DNA from: an uncultured Alphaproteobacteria bacterium
Lineage (GTDB): Bacteria; Pseudomonadota; Alphaproteobacteria; Rhodobacterales; Rhodobacteraceae
Length of the DNA: 64,000 nucleotides
Assembly (NCBI GenBank): GCA_902596985.1
Contig: CACJWR010000004.1
Coordinates: forward strand, 2,492 to 66,491
Direction: 5' to 3'
In this document: one piece after another, positions 19,582 to 29,562 of the stretch
How the letters are laid out: the number at the start of each line of letters is the position of its first letter
How positions within the stretch are numbered: position 1 is the first letter of the stretch
The notes under the pieces: model-generated
Database searches by the model: none
Told to the model about the DNA's origin: nothing
The model's input: only the letters and a program-made list of their open reading frames with translations
Made by a program: the position numbers and the translations under genes

Positions 19582-20143
19582 GTTCTTCTTTCTTTAAAAG
19601 ACGCTTAATATTTTCTGAGTGTTTGAACAAAATAAATGTAGTTAAAACAAGTGCTGATAAGTTTACAGGTAAATTATCATAAAATAATAATAGAAAAAGG
19701 TTCGATAAAACTATAGCGCTTATTCCTGCAACTGAAGACTTTCTTGTTAAATAAAATACCGTTATCCATGTCAATAAAGTCAAGCCACCAACGACAAAGC
19801 TGTAAGATAATAGTGCTCCCAAAAAGGTTGCTACCCCTTTCCCACCTTTAAATAGTAAATAAATAGGAAAAATATGTCCAAAAACTACTGCCAGTATAGC
19901 TAGGTAAATTAGATCTGTTTCGATGTATGATGCAATTAAGACCCCAAAGAACCCTTTAAACATATCAAAGAAAAGCGTAAAAGCTGCTGCTTTTTTGTTT
20001 CCACTCCGGAGAATGTTAGTAGCTCCGATATTTTTTGAACCAAATGTTCGGGGATCTTGAATTTTAAAAAAAAACTTTCCAACCAAACCAAATGGTATTG
20101 ATCCTACAAGATAAGTTACAAAAATAATGACAAAAGCCGACAT
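19553..20143 (-). CDS. plsY: glycerol-3-phosphate acyltransferase PlsY
   Basis: GSIPFG, GSKNIGATNILRSG and KGGKGVAT motifs. Start set at MSAFVII, since the longer ORF would overlap pyrC. Confidence 0.88.
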   Translation of the reverse strand: MSAFVIIFVTYLVGSIPFGLVGKFFFKIQDPRTFGSKNIGATNILRSGNKKAAAFTLFFDMFKGFFGVLIASYIETDLIYLAILAVVFGHIFPIYLLFKGGKGVATFLGALLSYSFVVGGLTLLTWITVFYLTRKSSVAGISAIVLSNLFLLLFYDNLPVNLSALVLTTFILFKHSENIKRLLKKEELSFEGRDKN

Positions 20144-20150
20144 CACAACA

Positions 20151-21434
20151 TCATACTTCAAACGATTTTTTTTTAAAAATAATTTCGCCCTCAACCATTG
20201 TTAACAAGTTTTCACCTTGTAAATTAAAGCCATCAAAAGGAGTATTTTGCGATTTTGACCGAAACTGGAATCGATCAATTTTCACAGGTTTATCTGGGTC
20301 AAAAATGATAATGTCTGCTGGCTGACCTTCGTCTAGACATCCCAAACTCTTCTTAATAATATTTGCTGGGTTTAAAGCTAATAATCGAAAAAGCTGATTA
20401 AGACTTAATATCTTATTGTGATATAACGAAAGAGATGCAGGTAATATTGTTTCAAGACCTACGGCACCCGGCGCGGCCTCTTCAAAAGGGAGCCTTTTGC
20501 TTTCCTCATCCTGAGGTGTATGCATGGAGCAAATATTGTCAATCAGTCCTTCTCGTATTGCTTCCGTCAAAGCCTCTCTGTCAGCGTTACTTCTCAACGG
20601 TGGTTTTAATTTAAAAAACGTTCTATAGTTTCCTATATCAAGTTCATTGAATAAAAGATGGTGAATAGAAGTTCCAGCCGTTATACGATTGTCGGTCGCT
20701 TTTATATCTCTTAGCGCATCTAAGCCGATTTTTGTTGTAACTTGGTCTGCATGATAACGGATGTTTAAATTACTGATCAGCGCTGTATCGCGTTCTATTC
20801 CAATCTTTTCTGAAAAATCAGGGCTGGATGAAAGTCCTTTAATTGATGCAAAAACTCCGTTCGTAGCTGAGGTATTTTTTGTTAAAAAATAGTCTTGAGG
20901 ATGTCCTATGATGAGGGTGTTAAAATCAGAGGCATATTTCAAAATTTGATGAAAAATTTTTGTATTGGGGATCGAGTTAAAGCCATCAGTAAATGCAACA
21001 GCGCCGCCATCATGAAGGAAGCCAATTTCTGTCATCTTTTTCCCATTATTTCTTTTTGTTAAAGATGCTGTAGGAAATATTCTAACCTTACTAGCTTCTT
21101 TACCTCTATTTTTAAAAAATTCTAGTAGTTCTGGATTATCTATTGAAGGCTTTGTATCTGGACGGGTTACTAAACTAGTAACACCTCCAGCGGCAGCAGC
21201 ACTGCTAGCAGATCTGAAGCTTTCCTTATGTTTCTCTCCAGGCTCGCATACCTTAACCCCAATATCTACGATACCAGGAGCTAAACACATTCCCTTACAA
21301 TCAATTACCTTACCTTTAATGCCATCATTTTTCTTTTCTATTAAACGACCATTTATTGTTAAAGTCCCTGCTGTTTCTATTTCTACTTTAGGATCAATTA
21401 ACCTTGCATTTATAAATGTAATTTGCTTTTCCAT
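20151..21434 (-). CDS. pyrC: dihydroorotase-like protein, probably non-catalytic (PyrC'-type partner of PyrB)
   Basis: Amidohydrolase/DHOase fold throughout. The metal-binding D-x-H-x-H is replaced by VDIGVK (21252..21266), and the DHAPH region reads SMHTPQ. It lies immediately downstream of pyrB. Confidence 0.8.
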   Translation of the reverse strand: MEKQITFINARLIDPKVEIETAGTLTINGRLIEKKNDGIKGKVIDCKGMCLAPGIVDIGVKVCEPGEKHKESFRSASSAAAAGGVTSLVTRPDTKPSIDNPELLEFFKNRGKEASKVRIFPTASLTKRNNGKKMTEIGFLHDGGAVAFTDGFNSIPNTKIFHQILKYASDFNTLIIGHPQDYFLTKNTSATNGVFASIKGLSSSPDFSEKIGIERDTALISNLNIRYHADQVTTKIGLDALRDIKATDNRITAGTSIHHLLFNELDIGNYRTFFKLKPPLRSNADREALTEAIREGLIDNICSMHTPQDEESKRLPFEEAAPGAVGLETILPASLSLYHNKILSLNQLFRLLALNPANIIKKSLGCLDEGQPADIIIFDPDKPVKIDRFQFRSKSQNTPFDGFNLQGENLLTMVEGEIIFKKKSFEV

Positions 21435-21435
21435 A

Positions 21436-22368
21436 TTAATTTTTCCTATCCACTAGTAGGTGAAGAACGGCCATTCTCAAGGCAACACCAATTTCTACCT
21501 GTTCTTGGATAACGCTTCTATTTAGATCGTCAGCAATATTTCCATCAATTTCAACACCTCTGTTCATAGGACCAGGATGCATAACTATTGCATCACTTTT
21601 TGCTAGCAAAAGTTTCTGATTATCGAGACCGAAGCGATTGAAATACTCGCGCCTTGAAGGAATAAAACCACCCTTCATTCGTTCTTTTTGCAGTCTAAGC
21701 ATCATTATTACGTCAGCATTCCTAACACCATCTTCCATGCGATTATATATTTCTAGACCCATATCCTTAAATGAGTTTGGTAACAGGTTGCTAGGACCGA
21801 TGAGTCGCACTTGGTTATTAAATTTACATAATAGGGCTATATTTGATCGAGCTACACGGCTATGGCTTATATCTCCGCAAATAGCAATTATTAAGCCTTC
21901 TTTTTTTTTCTTTCTGTGCTTTATAGTCAAAAAATCTAGCAGTGCCTGTGTTGGGTGTTCGTGACTGCCATCTCCAGCATTAAGTACCGAGCAATTAACT
22001 TTTTCTGACAAGAGATTCACAGCACCTGAAGAAGAATGTCTTACAATGAGCAAATCGGGTCTCATTGCATTCAAAGTTAAAGCGGTATCGATGAGTGTCT
22101 CTCCCTTTTGTGTAGAACTAGTTGCAATCCTTATATCTTGAACTATTCCACCCAATTTTTTTCCAGCTAATTCAAAGCTCGCTAGCGTCCTAGTTGAGTT
22201 TTCAAAAAAAACATTAATTTGAGTAAAAGATTGTAGATGATGTTTTTGCTCAACTTTATTCTTATTTTTCTGAAGGTAATATTCAGCAAGAGCAAAGATC
22301 TCTTCTATGTCACTTCTGCTCAGATCATCTATTTGAATTAAATGTTTTGTCTGCAAAAATCTTTCCAC
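21436..22368 (-). CDS. pyrB: aspartate carbamoyltransferase catalytic subunit
   Basis: STRTLASFE (STRTR-type), HPTQALLD and [11 protein letters not shown] motifs. Confidence 0.93.
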   Translation of the reverse strand: MERFLQTKHLIQIDDLSRSDIEEIFALAEYYLQKNKNKVEQKHHLQSFTQINVFFENSTRTLASFELAGKKLGGIVQDIRIATSSTQKGETLIDTALTLNAMRPDLLIVRHSSSGAVNLLSEKVNCSVLNAGDGSHEHPTQALLDFLTIKHRKKKKEGLIIAICGDISHSRVARSNIALLCKFNNQVRLIGPSNLLPNSFKDMGLEIYNRMEDGVRNADVIMMLRLQKERMKGGFIPSRREYFNRFGLDNQKLLLAKSDAIVMHPGPMNRGVEIDGNIADDLNRSVIQEQVEIGVALRMAVLHLLVDRKN

Positions 22369-22444
22369 CTAATAATAAAATGATTAGATAAAGATTTAAG
22401 TACCAGATAAAATTTCTAAAACAATGATAAAATTGCAAAGCTAA

Positions 22445-23218
22445 ATGAGAAGTGATTTTGAACAACTTTTATGGTTATACTCAATGGGTGTTGAGGATGT
22501 TGCAACCCGTAAGCCACAAAATTATTTCAATGTGCAACTAGAGAAGAAAATTAACGATTCGGCTTATCAAGATGGTCCCTTATTAAAAAAAAGTGAAGAA
22601 AATGGGGATCCAGACAGAGAAAGGTTTTTAAATGAAGTTTACGAAAAAGATATTAATGCAATTGAGAGTGTTGGCTCTTTGGAGGCCTATTGGCGAGATT
22701 CTTTGATAGATAACTTCAATATCAAGAAATTCTGGGGATATAATAAACTAAAACAGATAAATAAGCTAAATATCTTGATTATTCATGAACCCCCTAATAG
22801 AAGCGATTTTGCTCAGTATTTTTTCCTTGATGGCAAAAAGAGGAATTTAATCAATAATATAATATTCAGTATTTTATCGGGTGAGAAGGAAAGAGAAGTG
22901 CAAAATATTTTTGTTCCTATATTACCAATTCCCTTAAACAAGGCGATGGAGTTCACAAATCTTCAATCTTTTCATTTAATGTTCTTGCAGAGGTTAAAGC
23001 ATATAATAAAACCTTCCCTGACTATCTTAATTGGTGACAAAGCAATCTCTCTTATATCACCGAGTCTGGGAGCAAATGAGGATGAAGCTATGAAAGAAAA
23101 TCAGTGTTTTTCTATTCCCGAGCTCGAGTATATGATGAGTGTTCCGGAAGTAAAAAAAACTGTTTGGGAAGAATGGAAACAAAAAAGAAGGACTTTAAAG
23201 AATGAACTCTTCTTATAA
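22445..23218 (+). CDS. uracil-DNA glycosylase superfamily-like protein with degenerate motifs (function uncertain)
   Basis: The N-terminal LLWLYSMGVEDV resembles the leader of alphaproteobacterial family-4 UDG-like proteins. The core aligns by eye as HEPPN (for GEAPG), FFLDGKKRNLINNII (for PFVGRAGQLLDRML) and ILIGDKAISL. The protein has only one Cys. Confidence 0.4.
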   Translation: MRSDFEQLLWLYSMGVEDVATRKPQNYFNVQLEKKINDSAYQDGPLLKKSEENGDPDRERFLNEVYEKDINAIESVGSLEAYWRDSLIDNFNIKKFWGYNKLKQINKLNILIIHEPPNRSDFAQYFFLDGKKRNLINNIIFSILSGEKEREVQNIFVPILPIPLNKAMEFTNLQSFHLMFLQRLKHIIKPSLTILIGDKAISLISPSLGANEDEAMKENQCFSIPELEYMMSVPEVKKTVWEEWKQKRRTLKNELFL

Positions 23219-23750
23219 TATGTCTCGAGAATTTAAATCTATAAATATAGCAATTCTCACCGTTTCAGATACAAGAACAAAGACAACGGACAAATCTGGC
23301 AATTTTTTATCCAATGCTGTAGAAGATGCCGGTCATAATGTAATTCATAAGCGTATTGTTAAAGATGAGTTAGTTGAAATAAAAAATGTTTTAGAGGCAT
23401 GGAGTATGAGCTCCAATATTGATGTAATAATAAGCACTGGTGGGACCGGTCTTACCAAAAGAGACGTGTCCGTAGAAGCCCACTCTCAAGTGTATGAAAA
23501 GGAGATAACAGCGTTTCCATCAATGTTCGCATCAATTTCAATGGAAAAAATAGGTACATCAGCACTGCAAAGTCGAGCATGTGCAGGAGTAAGGAATGGA
23601 ACCTATTTATTTGCTTTACCAGGATCTCCTTCAGCTTGCAAAGATGCATGGGAGAGTTTGCTAAGACCACAGTTTGATTATAGACATTTACCTTGTAACT
23701 TTGTAGAGATAATGCCGCGGTTGGTAAAGGACACTATGGATGAAAGTTAA
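23202..23750 (+). CDS. moaB: molybdenum cofactor biosynthesis protein B
   Basis: MoaB/MogA fold: ILTVSDTR, GGTGLTKRDV and LPGSPSA. The start may be Met 23220. Confidence 0.88.
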   Translation: MNSSYNMSREFKSINIAILTVSDTRTKTTDKSGNFLSNAVEDAGHNVIHKRIVKDELVEIKNVLEAWSMSSNIDVIISTGGTGLTKRDVSVEAHSQVYEKEITAFPSMFASISMEKIGTSALQSRACAGVRNGTYLFALPGSPSACKDAWESLLRPQFDYRHLPCNFVEIMPRLVKDTMDES

Positions 23751-23863
23751 GTGGAAGTTCTAACTCAAAAAGCTGTGTTTATAAATCTTATAGACAGTGA
23801 TAATTTGTAAATTTTTTAAAAGTAATATATCAAAGCTACAAGTTTGTAAAAATTTTAGGGCAA

Positions 23864-25330
23864 ATGAAGTTTTTTAAAAGAACATCAATATTTTTTATAC
23901 TTTTCGGTTTAATACTTCTATTCTTTGGGTACACAGTGACCTCTTTCACCGCTTCCTCTGAAAAAGATCGTAGGTATTCAAGCAAAAGGAAAGGCGGGGA
24001 GAGAGAATATACAGTTTTTACTGATAAAATAAAGAGATCGGAAGAGACTCCAATCATAAACAGCTATGGAGAGGTGAAAAGCTGGCGTACCTTGGAAATT
24101 AGAGCACCAGTTGTTGGAAAAATATCTGCAGTAGCCAAGGTCTTTAGAGATGGGTCAACAGTGGTTGAGGGAGATTTCTTGTTTTCTATTGAAGATACAG
24201 AATACAAAGATAGCCTCGCGATAGCTAAAGCTGATCTACGAGATGCCGAAAGCGATCTAGTAAATGCCAAAACACTTTTTGAGCTTGCGAAATTGGATCT
24301 CGAGGCAGCAGAAAAGGAAAAAACTATTCGATTGGCTTCATTTGAAAGGCAACAGAAACTAAAAGCTAATGGAGTTATATCAGAAACTATATTTGAACAG
24401 TCATCTTTAGCTCTTACAAATTCTGAGAAATCTCTTATCATGAAGAAGAATTCGTTTGTTCAAGCAAAGAATAAAATTTTTAAGGCTGAAGTGCTTGTAG
24501 AACGAAAGAAGGTTGCTCACGATTTAGCAAAAAGGCAGCTGGCGGATACGAAATTTTTTGCTCCATTTACAGGAGTGCTAGATCAAGTAAATGCAGTTAC
24601 AGGTCGCCTTATTTCATCCAATGATCGTCTAGGTGAAATACTCGATCCCAAAGCTTTAGAAGTAGTATTTCCTTTATCTGACATTCAATATCCCAGGATA
24701 ACTGATAAGGAAGGGAATTTTATCAAACTTAAGGTTGAATATTCTTCAGGAGGACTAGAAAAAAAGAATGTCTACTCTGGAATTATAGAAAGAGTAGGTG
24801 GTCAGGCGAATACGGGTAATACGGGAAGACAGGTATTCGCTAGTATCTCTGCGCAGAATGGATTGTCTTTGAAACCAGGAGATTTTGTAAAGGTCAAGAT
24901 ATTTGAACCGAAGCTAAAGGGCATAGCCAAGCTTCCACTGGGGTCTTTGGGGTCAAACAATACTATACTGCTGGTCAACGATGATTTTCGATTAGAAAAA
25001 ATAAATATTGATGTTATTAGATTTCAAGAAAACCATATCCTGGTAAAGAATGTTCCATTTAATAGAAAGTTTGTAACTAAATGGTCTCCCCAATTAGATG
25101 CTGGTGTAAAGGTAAAAGTTATAGATAGTTCTAAAGGTGCTGAGGGGGTAAAGCCTGCGGAAAACGAAACTATAAAATTGACTGGCGAAGAAAGAGATAA
25201 GCTAATTAATGCTGTTGAAAATAACAAGTGGATCCCAAAAGATGTAAAAAAAAGGCTTGTAAAACAGCTTAGTCAGGAACTTGTTCCTAAAAAAGTTGTA
25301 GATAGGCTAAGAAAACGAATGGGAGGTTAA
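23864..25330 (+). CDS. efflux RND transporter periplasmic adaptor subunit (HlyD/MFP family)
   Basis: N-terminal membrane anchor, a long coiled-coil segment and beta-barrel regions. It lies 5 nt upstream of the RND permease. Confidence 0.8.
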   Translation: MKFFKRTSIFFILFGLILLFFGYTVTSFTASSEKDRRYSSKRKGGEREYTVFTDKIKRSEETPIINSYGEVKSWRTLEIRAPVVGKISAVAKVFRDGSTVVEGDFLFSIEDTEYKDSLAIAKADLRDAESDLVNAKTLFELAKLDLEAAEKEKTIRLASFERQQKLKANGVISETIFEQSSLALTNSEKSLIMKKNSFVQAKNKIFKAEVLVERKKVAHDLAKRQLADTKFFAPFTGVLDQVNAVTGRLISSNDRLGEILDPKALEVVFPLSDIQYPRITDKEGNFIKLKVEYSSGGLEKKNVYSGIIERVGGQANTGNTGRQVFASISAQNGLSLKPGDFVKVKIFEPKLKGIAKLPLGSLGSNNTILLVNDDFRLEKINIDVIRFQENHILVKNVPFNRKFVTKWSPQLDAGVKVKVIDSSKGAEGVKPAENETIKLTGEERDKLINAVENNKWIPKDVKKRLVKQLSQELVPKKVVDRLRKRMGG

Positions 25331-25335
25331 AATAG

Positions 25336-28300
25336 ATGGAACGAGACCAAGGCCCATCATTATTTGGATCTTTTTTTGGTTACTTTATTGCCCATAGCAC
25401 AATCGCTAATCTTGTTTTAGTTGTAATTGTGGTTTTGGGCTTTTTTTCAATAAATAAGCTGAGGTCTCAATTTTTTCCTGACGTAGTTATTGAACAAATT
25501 AATATTAGCGCATATTGGCCAGGTGCAGGTGCGGAAGACCTAGATAATGGAGTTGTAGGCTATCTCGAGCCTAGTTTGTTGGAATTGGAAGGAATAGAGA
25601 GAATTGTATCGCGTTCCTACGAGGGAGTCTCCAGAATAACTATTAATTTTGTTTCAAACTGGGATATGGAAAAGGCATTAGATGATGTCAAGATTGCAAT
25701 TGAAGAAGCCCAAAACTTACCTGATGAATTAGACGATATTGACGTCAAGAGGCGAGTATGGAGAGATCGCGTAACGAACGTTGTTTTTTCCGGTCCCTTT
25801 ACTATTGAACAATTAGAAAAATATTCAGACGAATTTTTACAACTTTTGTATAGTGAAGGAATTGCCAAAACTTCTACTCGGGGAGGATTGGAACCAATTG
25901 TACGAGTGGTGGTGCCAGAAATTAACCTACTTAAGAATAACTTGACTCTGCGTGAATTATCAAGTGCCGTCAGTTCCGGCGCTTCAAGTATACCAGCAGG
26001 TGAAACAAATGATGGGTTAGCGAGATTGAAGGCTGGTTCCGATAAAACACAACAAATAGACCTGGCTGAAATTACTGCCAAAACTTCTTTAAATGGTGAA
26101 AGCATAAAACTCGGGGATATTAGCACGATCAGCATCGATGAATTTCCAACGGTGGAATTTTTCAAAGGAAAAAATCCTGCGATAATTACAAGAGTTGACA
26201 GAGGGTCTGATGGAGACGCCATTAAAATACAAGATAAAGTGGAAACTTTAATAAAAAAATTTCAGTTGAACATGCCTGAAACACTAACTATTGAATTGTC
26301 TGGGACACGCACGGAGGCAATTAAGAATAGATTAAATATATTGATTTCTAATGGAGTAGTTGGATTAATCTTAGTCTTATTTTTTCTTTTTTTGTTTCTG
26401 AATGCGGAAACAGCTTTGTGGGTAGCTATTGGAATTCCAGCTGCACTTTTTGCTTCCTTTGGCTTAATGTACCTAATAGGTATTTCTATTAATATGATAT
26501 CGCTTTTTGCGCTAATTATTTGTTTGGGGATTGTGGTAGATGATGCAATTGTGGTAGCCGAACATGCAGATTATCGTGCGTCATCTCTAAAGGAAGACCC
26601 ATATAACGCTGCAAAAAATGCGGCCACATTTATGGGGCTTCCAGTTTTTACTGCCACTATAACCACTGTTTTGGCTTTCAGCGGCTTAGTACTTATAGGG
26701 GGCAGGTTCGGATCATTGATTGCTGATATTCCATATACAGTTATCTTGGTATTGGTTGCATCCCTATTAGAGTGCTTTCTCATCCTTCCAAACCATATGT
26801 ACCACAGCTTAAAAAATAGTGCCAAACGTAATAGGTGGTATAATTTTCCAAGTCAAAAATTTAATGAAAAATTTGAAATTTTTAAAAACAAATATTTTAA
26901 AGTTTTTATACAGCTTAATTTGCAGTATAGATACCTAAGTTTAATCTTTATGCTTTCACTTCTTTTTTGTTCAATAAGTTTGTTAGTCTCCGGTGATGTA
27001 AAATGGAGGTTTTGGAATCCACCAGAAATAGGGCGTTTAACGGCTAATATTGCAATGGTTTCTGGCGCTGAGCGTAAGGATACTTTAGCTATGATACGAG
27101 AATTAGAAAGAGCAAATAAAAAAGTGGCTGAAGGGTTTGAAAGGGAAAATGGCAAAAATCCTATTACTTTTCAAATTAGCCAAATTGGTGGAAACGAAGG
27201 TCGTGGTATTTCAGGTGCTGAAAATAAAGATAAAGACTTACTTGGTTCTTTCACTGTAGAGTTGATTGACGCTGATCTAAGGCCTTATTCGTCTTTTACC
27301 TATCTTGCAGCGCTTCAGGATGAAGTAAATAAAAGCCCCTTTTTAGAAACCATAAGTTTTAGGAGATGGGGGTCTGGTCCTGGTGGAGATGGCATTTCTA
27401 TAAACTTGGCGGCGTCTGACACAAAAACTTTAAAAGAAGCTGCAGAACAATTAAAAGCTTCTCTTTCTTCTTATCAGGAAATCTCTGCGCTTGAAGATAC
27501 GCAAGGGTACGACAAGACCGAATATATCATTACTTTAACTAATCGTGGGAAGAAACTAGGCTTTACAATTGATAGTATTGGTAGACAGTTATCAGATAGG
27601 TTAAATGGTATTGAGACATTAACCTTCTTGAAAGGGAATAAAACTGGGAAAATAATAATAGAGTTATCTGAAGAAAATTTAAATGGTGATTTCATTCAAA
27701 ATGCGAAGGTGAGAAGCAACAGAGGTCATTATGGAAGTTTATCTGATATCGTAGAAATCAGGGCACAGTATGGGTTTTCATCAGTAACTAGGGAAGATGG
27801 GCAAAAGATAATAACAGTCACAGGACAATTGTCTGAGGAAGATGCAGAGCAAGCTGAAATAGTAAAAGATAGAATACAAAACGAAATTTTGCCGTCAATC
27901 GAAGAGGGGTTCGGAGTAATAAGTAGTTTAACCGGTTTAGCAGAACAGGAACGAAGGTTTTTAGACGATGCACTTGTCGCTTTTCTTTTATGCATTTTAG
28001 GCATTTATTTAACTTTAGCATGGGTGTTTGCGAGCTGGTCTAGGCCAATGGTTATTATGCTTATAATCCCTTTTGGGTTAATTGGGGCTCTATGGGGTCA
28101 TTATATTTATGGTATAGCTTTATCTATGTTCAGTATAATCGGATTAATTGGGATGACAGGAATTATTATAAATGACTCAATTGTACTTATCTCTACTTTT
28201 AATGACTATAAGAAAAAAACGGACAATACGGAAGCTATCATTAAAGCAACATGTGATAGGTTAAGACCAATACTTTTAACAACACTTACAACAGTTTTCG

Positions 28301-28701
28301 GATTGGCACCCTTATTATTCGAACAATCAACAGATGCGCAGTTTTTAAAGCCAACTGTAATCACTTTAGTTTTTGGGCTAGGTTTTGGGATGTTAATTTT
28401 GCTGATAATAGTACCAGTGTTCATAGCGGTACAGCATGATTTATATAAGCACTATAAGTCTTTTAGAAGATTTGTTTTTTCAGCTAGGCTTAATGGGCAA
28501 AATGGGTGGAAAAACTTAATTTATGTTTCAGTCTTCTTTTTAGGAGTATTGGGTCTTATTTTTATCCAATTACTTTTTTCCTTTGATTACTTTGTTATCT
28601 TTTTTACCGCTTTCGTATGCTTAGGATTGTTTTACATTTGGTTTGCGTTTATGAAACAAATTCAAGATAGAGTGTTTTCAATCCGAAAGCCTACATTGTA
28701 A
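25336..28701 (+). CDS. efflux RND transporter permease (AcrB/AcrD/AcrF family)
   Basis: 1121 aa with two-fold repeated architecture: a TM bundle plus a large periplasmic loop, twice. GIVVDDAIVV and IINDSIVL motifs are present in the TM4/TM10-equivalent regions. Confidence 0.9.
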   Translation: MERDQGPSLFGSFFGYFIAHSTIANLVLVVIVVLGFFSINKLRSQFFPDVVIEQINISAYWPGAGAEDLDNGVVGYLEPSLLELEGIERIVSRSYEGVSRITINFVSNWDMEKALDDVKIAIEEAQNLPDELDDIDVKRRVWRDRVTNVVFSGPFTIEQLEKYSDEFLQLLYSEGIAKTSTRGGLEPIVRVVVPEINLLKNNLTLRELSSAVSSGASSIPAGETNDGLARLKAGSDKTQQIDLAEITAKTSLNGESIKLGDISTISIDEFPTVEFFKGKNPAIITRVDRGSDGDAIKIQDKVETLIKKFQLNMPETLTIELSGTRTEAIKNRLNILISNGVVGLILVLFFLFLFLNAETALWVAIGIPAALFASFGLMYLIGISINMISLFALIICLGIVVDDAIVVAEHADYRASSLKEDPYNAAKNAATFMGLPVFTATITTVLAFSGLVLIGGRFGSLIADIPYTVILVLVASLLECFLILPNHMYHSLKNSAKRNRWYNFPSQKFNEKFEIFKNKYFKVFIQLNLQYRYLSLIFMLSLLFCSISLLVSGDVKWRFWNPPEIGRLTANIAMVSGAERKDTLAMIRELERANKKVAEGFERENGKNPITFQISQIGGNEGRGISGAENKDKDLLGSFTVELIDADLRPYSSFTYLAALQDEVNKSPFLETISFRRWGSGPGGDGISINLAASDTKTLKEAAEQLKASLSSYQEISALEDTQGYDKTEYIITLTNRGKKLGFTIDSIGRQLSDRLNGIETLTFLKGNKTGKIIIELSEENLNGDFIQNAKVRSNRGHYGSLSDIVEIRAQYGFSSVTREDGQKIITVTGQLSEEDAEQAEIVKDRIQNEILPSIEEGFGVISSLTGLAEQERRFLDDALVAFLLCILGIYLTLAWVFASWSRPMVIMLIIPFGLIGALWGHYIYGIALSMFSIIGLIGMTGIIINDSIVLISTFNDYKKKTDNTEAIIKATCDRLRPILLTTLTTVFGLAPLLFEQSTDAQFLKPTVITLVFGLGFGMLILLIIVPVFIAVQHDLYKHYKSFRRFVFSARLNGQNGWKNLIYVSVFFLGVLGLIFIQLLFSFDYFVIFFTAFVCLGLFYIWFAFMKQIQDRVFSIRKPTL

Positions 28702-28707
28702 AAAGCA

Positions 28708-29493
28708 TCAAGCTGGACAACCAATAGTTCTCTTAGCTATATGATTATCTAAATATAAAATAGAAAATTTTTTTTTATCATTATTTTTCTTTGAAGGGTC
28801 TTTTAATTTTAGCAAAGCCTCAACTTTTCCACTCTTTGGAGAGAACGACTGTTTTTCTATAATCCACGACTTTCCCTCATAATCTACTAGTACGCTACTC
28901 ACTGATTCATTATTTCTCATGAAATTATTTTCAATGATAATTCGGTATTCCTTATCCGTCTCTTTCTTTATTATACATTTATTAGAATTTCCAAAACTTG
29001 TTGTCATCGTAATTCTGTTTTTTGATTTTAGAAGCTTATCTAAAACCAAATAATTAAGATCACCTTCGTCACTTATTTCTAGGGTTTTATTCTGAACAAC
29101 ACAGACGCTTTTGCAAATGCCAAATGAGATATCCAAATGTAAATATATCTTTTTTTGCTCATCTAATTTTTTTAATTCTATTGGTAGCAAGAGGTTCTCA
29201 TCGTATCCAAGATACGTAAAACTTTTAGGCCCCAATTTTTTTGGATATGGCCAAGAAATAGAAAATGATTCTACATTTCTTTCATTTAAAACTCTTATCT
29301 TAGGCATAAACCCATTTGGCCCTGGAAACTTCCAATATGTACTCCAACCCTCTGGAAACGCTATGCTTATAGCACCCTTGGTTGAGCTATCTCTAGATAA
29401 ATTATAATACTCTACATTCGCCTGAGAAAAACTTGGTTTGAGTAAGGTTAAGTTGACGAAGAGAACAATAAAAACAATGATTATTCTTAACAA
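28708..29493 (-). CDS. periplasmic DsbD N-terminal-domain-like protein
   Basis: Signal peptide, GWSTYWKFPGPNGFMP (the GWHxYW..PGD.G motif of the family) and a CKSVC cysteine pair. Confidence 0.6.
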   Translation of the reverse strand: MLRIIIVFIVLFVNLTLLKPSFSQANVEYYNLSRDSSTKGAISIAFPEGWSTYWKFPGPNGFMPKIRVLNERNVESFSISWPYPKKLGPKSFTYLGYDENLLLPIELKKLDEQKKIYLHLDISFGICKSVCVVQNKTLEISDEGDLNYLVLDKLLKSKNRITMTTSFGNSNKCIIKKETDKEYRIIIENNFMRNNESVSSVLVDYEGKSWIIEKQSFSPKSGKVEALLKLKDPSKKNNDKKKFSILYLDNHIAKRTIGCPA

Positions 29494-29562
29494 GATTTTG
29501 TTCCTCTAATTGGTAACTCTATTAATTTTATGCATATTTTGTTTTTCAATCTATAATTAAGA

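Noticed and set aside
25617-26222. 201-codon ORF antisense to the RND permease gene.
   Set aside because: It lies wholly inside, and opposite to, a well-supported conserved gene. The product is Ser/Leu/Thr-rich low-complexity sequence typical of shadow frames. In this frame offset, stops arise only at Tyr/His/Gln codons of the sense gene, and those are sparse in this segment. The same reasoning applies to the other antisense ORFs in the track, for example 24064..24441, 30527..30862, 47276..47632, 17630..17983, 9579..9932 and 50893..51207.
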